This document shows, in pieces, positions 61,720 to 64,000 of a DNA stretch of 64,000 bases; the first letter of the stretch is position 1, and every line of letters starts with the position of its first letter. A model generated the notes under the pieces. That model saw only the letters and a program-made list of their open reading frames with translations, had not been told where the DNA came from and made no database searches. The translations under genes were made by a program, and so were the position numbers. Source of the stretch: Octopus sinensis (taxonomy: Eukaryota); the NCBI RefSeq assembly GCF_006345805.1, contig NW_021832382.1:62001-126000 (forward strand). Direction: 5' to 3'.

Positions 61720-64000
61720 GTACACCTGACGACACTCACTTAATGGATATCGTATAGCCAATCTGTTGCCAGGATACCCCTCTTAATTGCCTATCAACCA
61801 TGTTCTGACCCTCCAATGGGGCACACTCACTTCGATGGATAAATTTATCAGTTGAGTTGTAAAAATTGTCCCAATAACCTAATAAATCTAAAATCAAAAA
61901 ATGGGAATCACAATAAACGTCCAAACACAAATCCTCGATTTTTCTTTAAACAATTCAAATTTATGTTAAACAATAAAAATTGAACATGTTTTATTCATAT
62001 TCCACAACAACCTCACACATAGGAGAATCATACACCTCAAATTGCTGATTCCTCACTGAATGTACAATATCCTCCAATTTCTCATAATTTCTATCACATC
62101 TCTCCATAACCTCCTCAATCAAAGAACGTCGACTGGTCTTTTCAGTGCCACAATCCACTCGGACTGTGTAAATTTCCCTGTCCGGATATTTTGACTCAAA
62201 CAGCGAATCCACCTCCTTACTGCCAACATACAACCACATTCTCTAACCATGTGAAATCTACTTCCTCCATAAATGAGTCAATTGTTTGTCTGAGATGTCC
62301 AGCAATCCCATTTTTAGTAGAAAGACAAGCACTCAGTTCAAATAGGGAATTTAATTGTGTTTGAGAAGGGAATTGAATTGGGGCGGAATGTGAGATTGGG
62401 GAGTCCTCCGCGGGGACTGTAGTCTGCTCAATCTCCACGTCGACGAGTCGCAACCACGGCAAATCTTCGTGTTTCTGACCAATTTGGTTATATTTCGAAC
62501 CAAGTTGAGTAATTCTGGTCTTGATATCCTCGATTTCGTGGATTAAATACCAAAAATGACATATTATGACTTACTCGTTAAAAACAGACCAACGATTGTA
62601 GGAATCCTCAAAATTGGCAATTCTACGTTCATTTGCCGAAGTCAGTGCCCTCATAAGTTGGGAATCCCCTCCAATGCGGAGGACTGGCCGACCTACAATA
62701 TCAACTACATCAAGACATGTCAAATTCAGTCGGAGGGCCAGAGAGGAGAGGGATGATAAAAAACTGTAACAACGAAGGCCAACAAAAACGGGAAGATCCA
62801 AGGCATTGGAAGTGTTGTTAAAGGCCAGTTCGGGCTCGGTCTTTATTTCCGTGATCCACTTTTTAACTCTTTTTCTAAACTCTATCAACGTGGTTTTGTC
62901 GTCCTTGATTGGTAAGAAGATTCTACACTAAGGCAATGTCAGAACTTGAAGTCGTCTTGTGCTCTCTTGGGGTTTATGCACGAGAGGATGAATATTATTA
63001 CTGTCTGGGCTATTTTCGAATCGGGTTTATCAAACATGTCTCTTTCAGTTGACTTTTATAGTTCTTACCGTGTTAGTTGACAGGTGATTCCCCATTTTTT
63101 TGGTATGAAAAAATTTAGAGATTTGAGATTTTCGTAGAATTCGTCTTTGATAGAGGTGATAATATCATCACCACAAAACATCAGTTGTAATTTAAAATCA
63201 ATATATTATCAAATTAAATAATTTAAAATGTAGGTTTAGTTTTCTGGCATCACTGGCTAATTCCAAAAAATTTAGTACTTGTTTTATGTGTGCACAATGA
63301 TTGAGACTCGTTAAAAAACTCGTCAGTCTTTTGCAAAAAGTGTGGCGACTTAATTTATTTCTCAATGAGCAGATTAATACTAATTTAAATGCCTTCGTGA
63401 GTATGTTCTGCACTCCAGTCTTATTTTATGTAACTATCAGGTTTAAGAATAAAGTGAGATTTCATATCAAGTCGACATTTGTAGAAAAAAAAGTTTGTTT
63501 TTTATTTCATGAAATTTAATTCTCCGAATAATTGTATTTACTCCAGGATACAAAATGTATCATGACGTAATGAACGACACATCTCTTTTTCTGAACATCT
63601 CGTGTCTGTTCGTTCTGGAAACATCTTCTTTTGTTATCCCAATTGTGATTTAGTGAGTCTTTAATAATCCCAATCTGGGAATTTCTACAAATAAGAGCCA
63701 TCGATTCTTCAAGTGCTTTTAATCGAAAAAAAGCTAACAATAAAAGTTCAGCTCGGAGATTATTTTTACATTAAATTTGAGGTTTTGATTCAGCATTGTT
63801 TCTGAAAAAGTACCTACTTTTAATTTCCACTCCTATCCTTAAACTCCTAGCTCTTTGGAAGGAGCATAAGGTTTTGAATTTTGTATTAATATTGGAAATG
63901 TTTGAGTACCGAATTATTTGTTTGTCATAACTAAATTTTTCTTCTGGTTTATCCAGTTATGTCAGATCATAGCAGTCAAAAACAAAATTTTTTTTATCGA
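61720..64000 (-). CDS. 3' part of a large unidentified multi-exon gene (starts beyond the window or near its edge)
   Basis: A run of minus-strand coding-like ORFs (62571-62888, 62217-62462, 61991-62239, 61736-61930) separated by short gaps. No family recognised. Confidence 0.5.

Overview
Eukaryotic, animal-like genomic DNA; not prokaryotic. Two very compact gene islands (1-10.1 kb and 48.5-64 kb) flank a ~38-kb block made almost entirely of nested transposable elements. Host genes I can recognise are CFAP43, PI4K type II, a CLC-3/4/5 Cl-/H+ exchanger, MON2, PP2A scaffold subunit A, DYNLT1 and a ZDHHC3/7-like palmitoyltransferase. They are split by ultra-short GT-AG introns of 21-29 nt (mode about 23), and in DYNLT1 all four introns sit where I recall the vertebrate introns. 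This combination best fits a dicyemid mesozoan, which is an inference. The TE block can be unpicked layer by layer using TIRs, TSDs and empty sites present elsewhere in the window. It holds three hAT families, four Tc1/IS630-type elements (one with an intact DD35E ORF), a Merlin, a MULE fragment, Ginger-like integrase elements, a Helitron, three CRE-like RT/RLE retrotransposon families (two with an N-terminal PHD finger), and R4-, RTE- and Jockey/I-like LINE fragments. Most notable observation: transposases or integrases from four unrelated DNA-transposon lineages (Buster hAT, DUF659-type hAT, Merlin, Ginger-like) carry host-sized 23-27-nt introns, and removing them restores canonical protein motifs. 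A tandem duplication also begins exactly at a Helitron 5' end. Caveat: many single-base deletions in homopolymers, even in conserved host genes, point to long-read consensus errors, so 'frameshifted' does not necessarily mean dead. All homology calls are from motif recall by eye; no searches were run.
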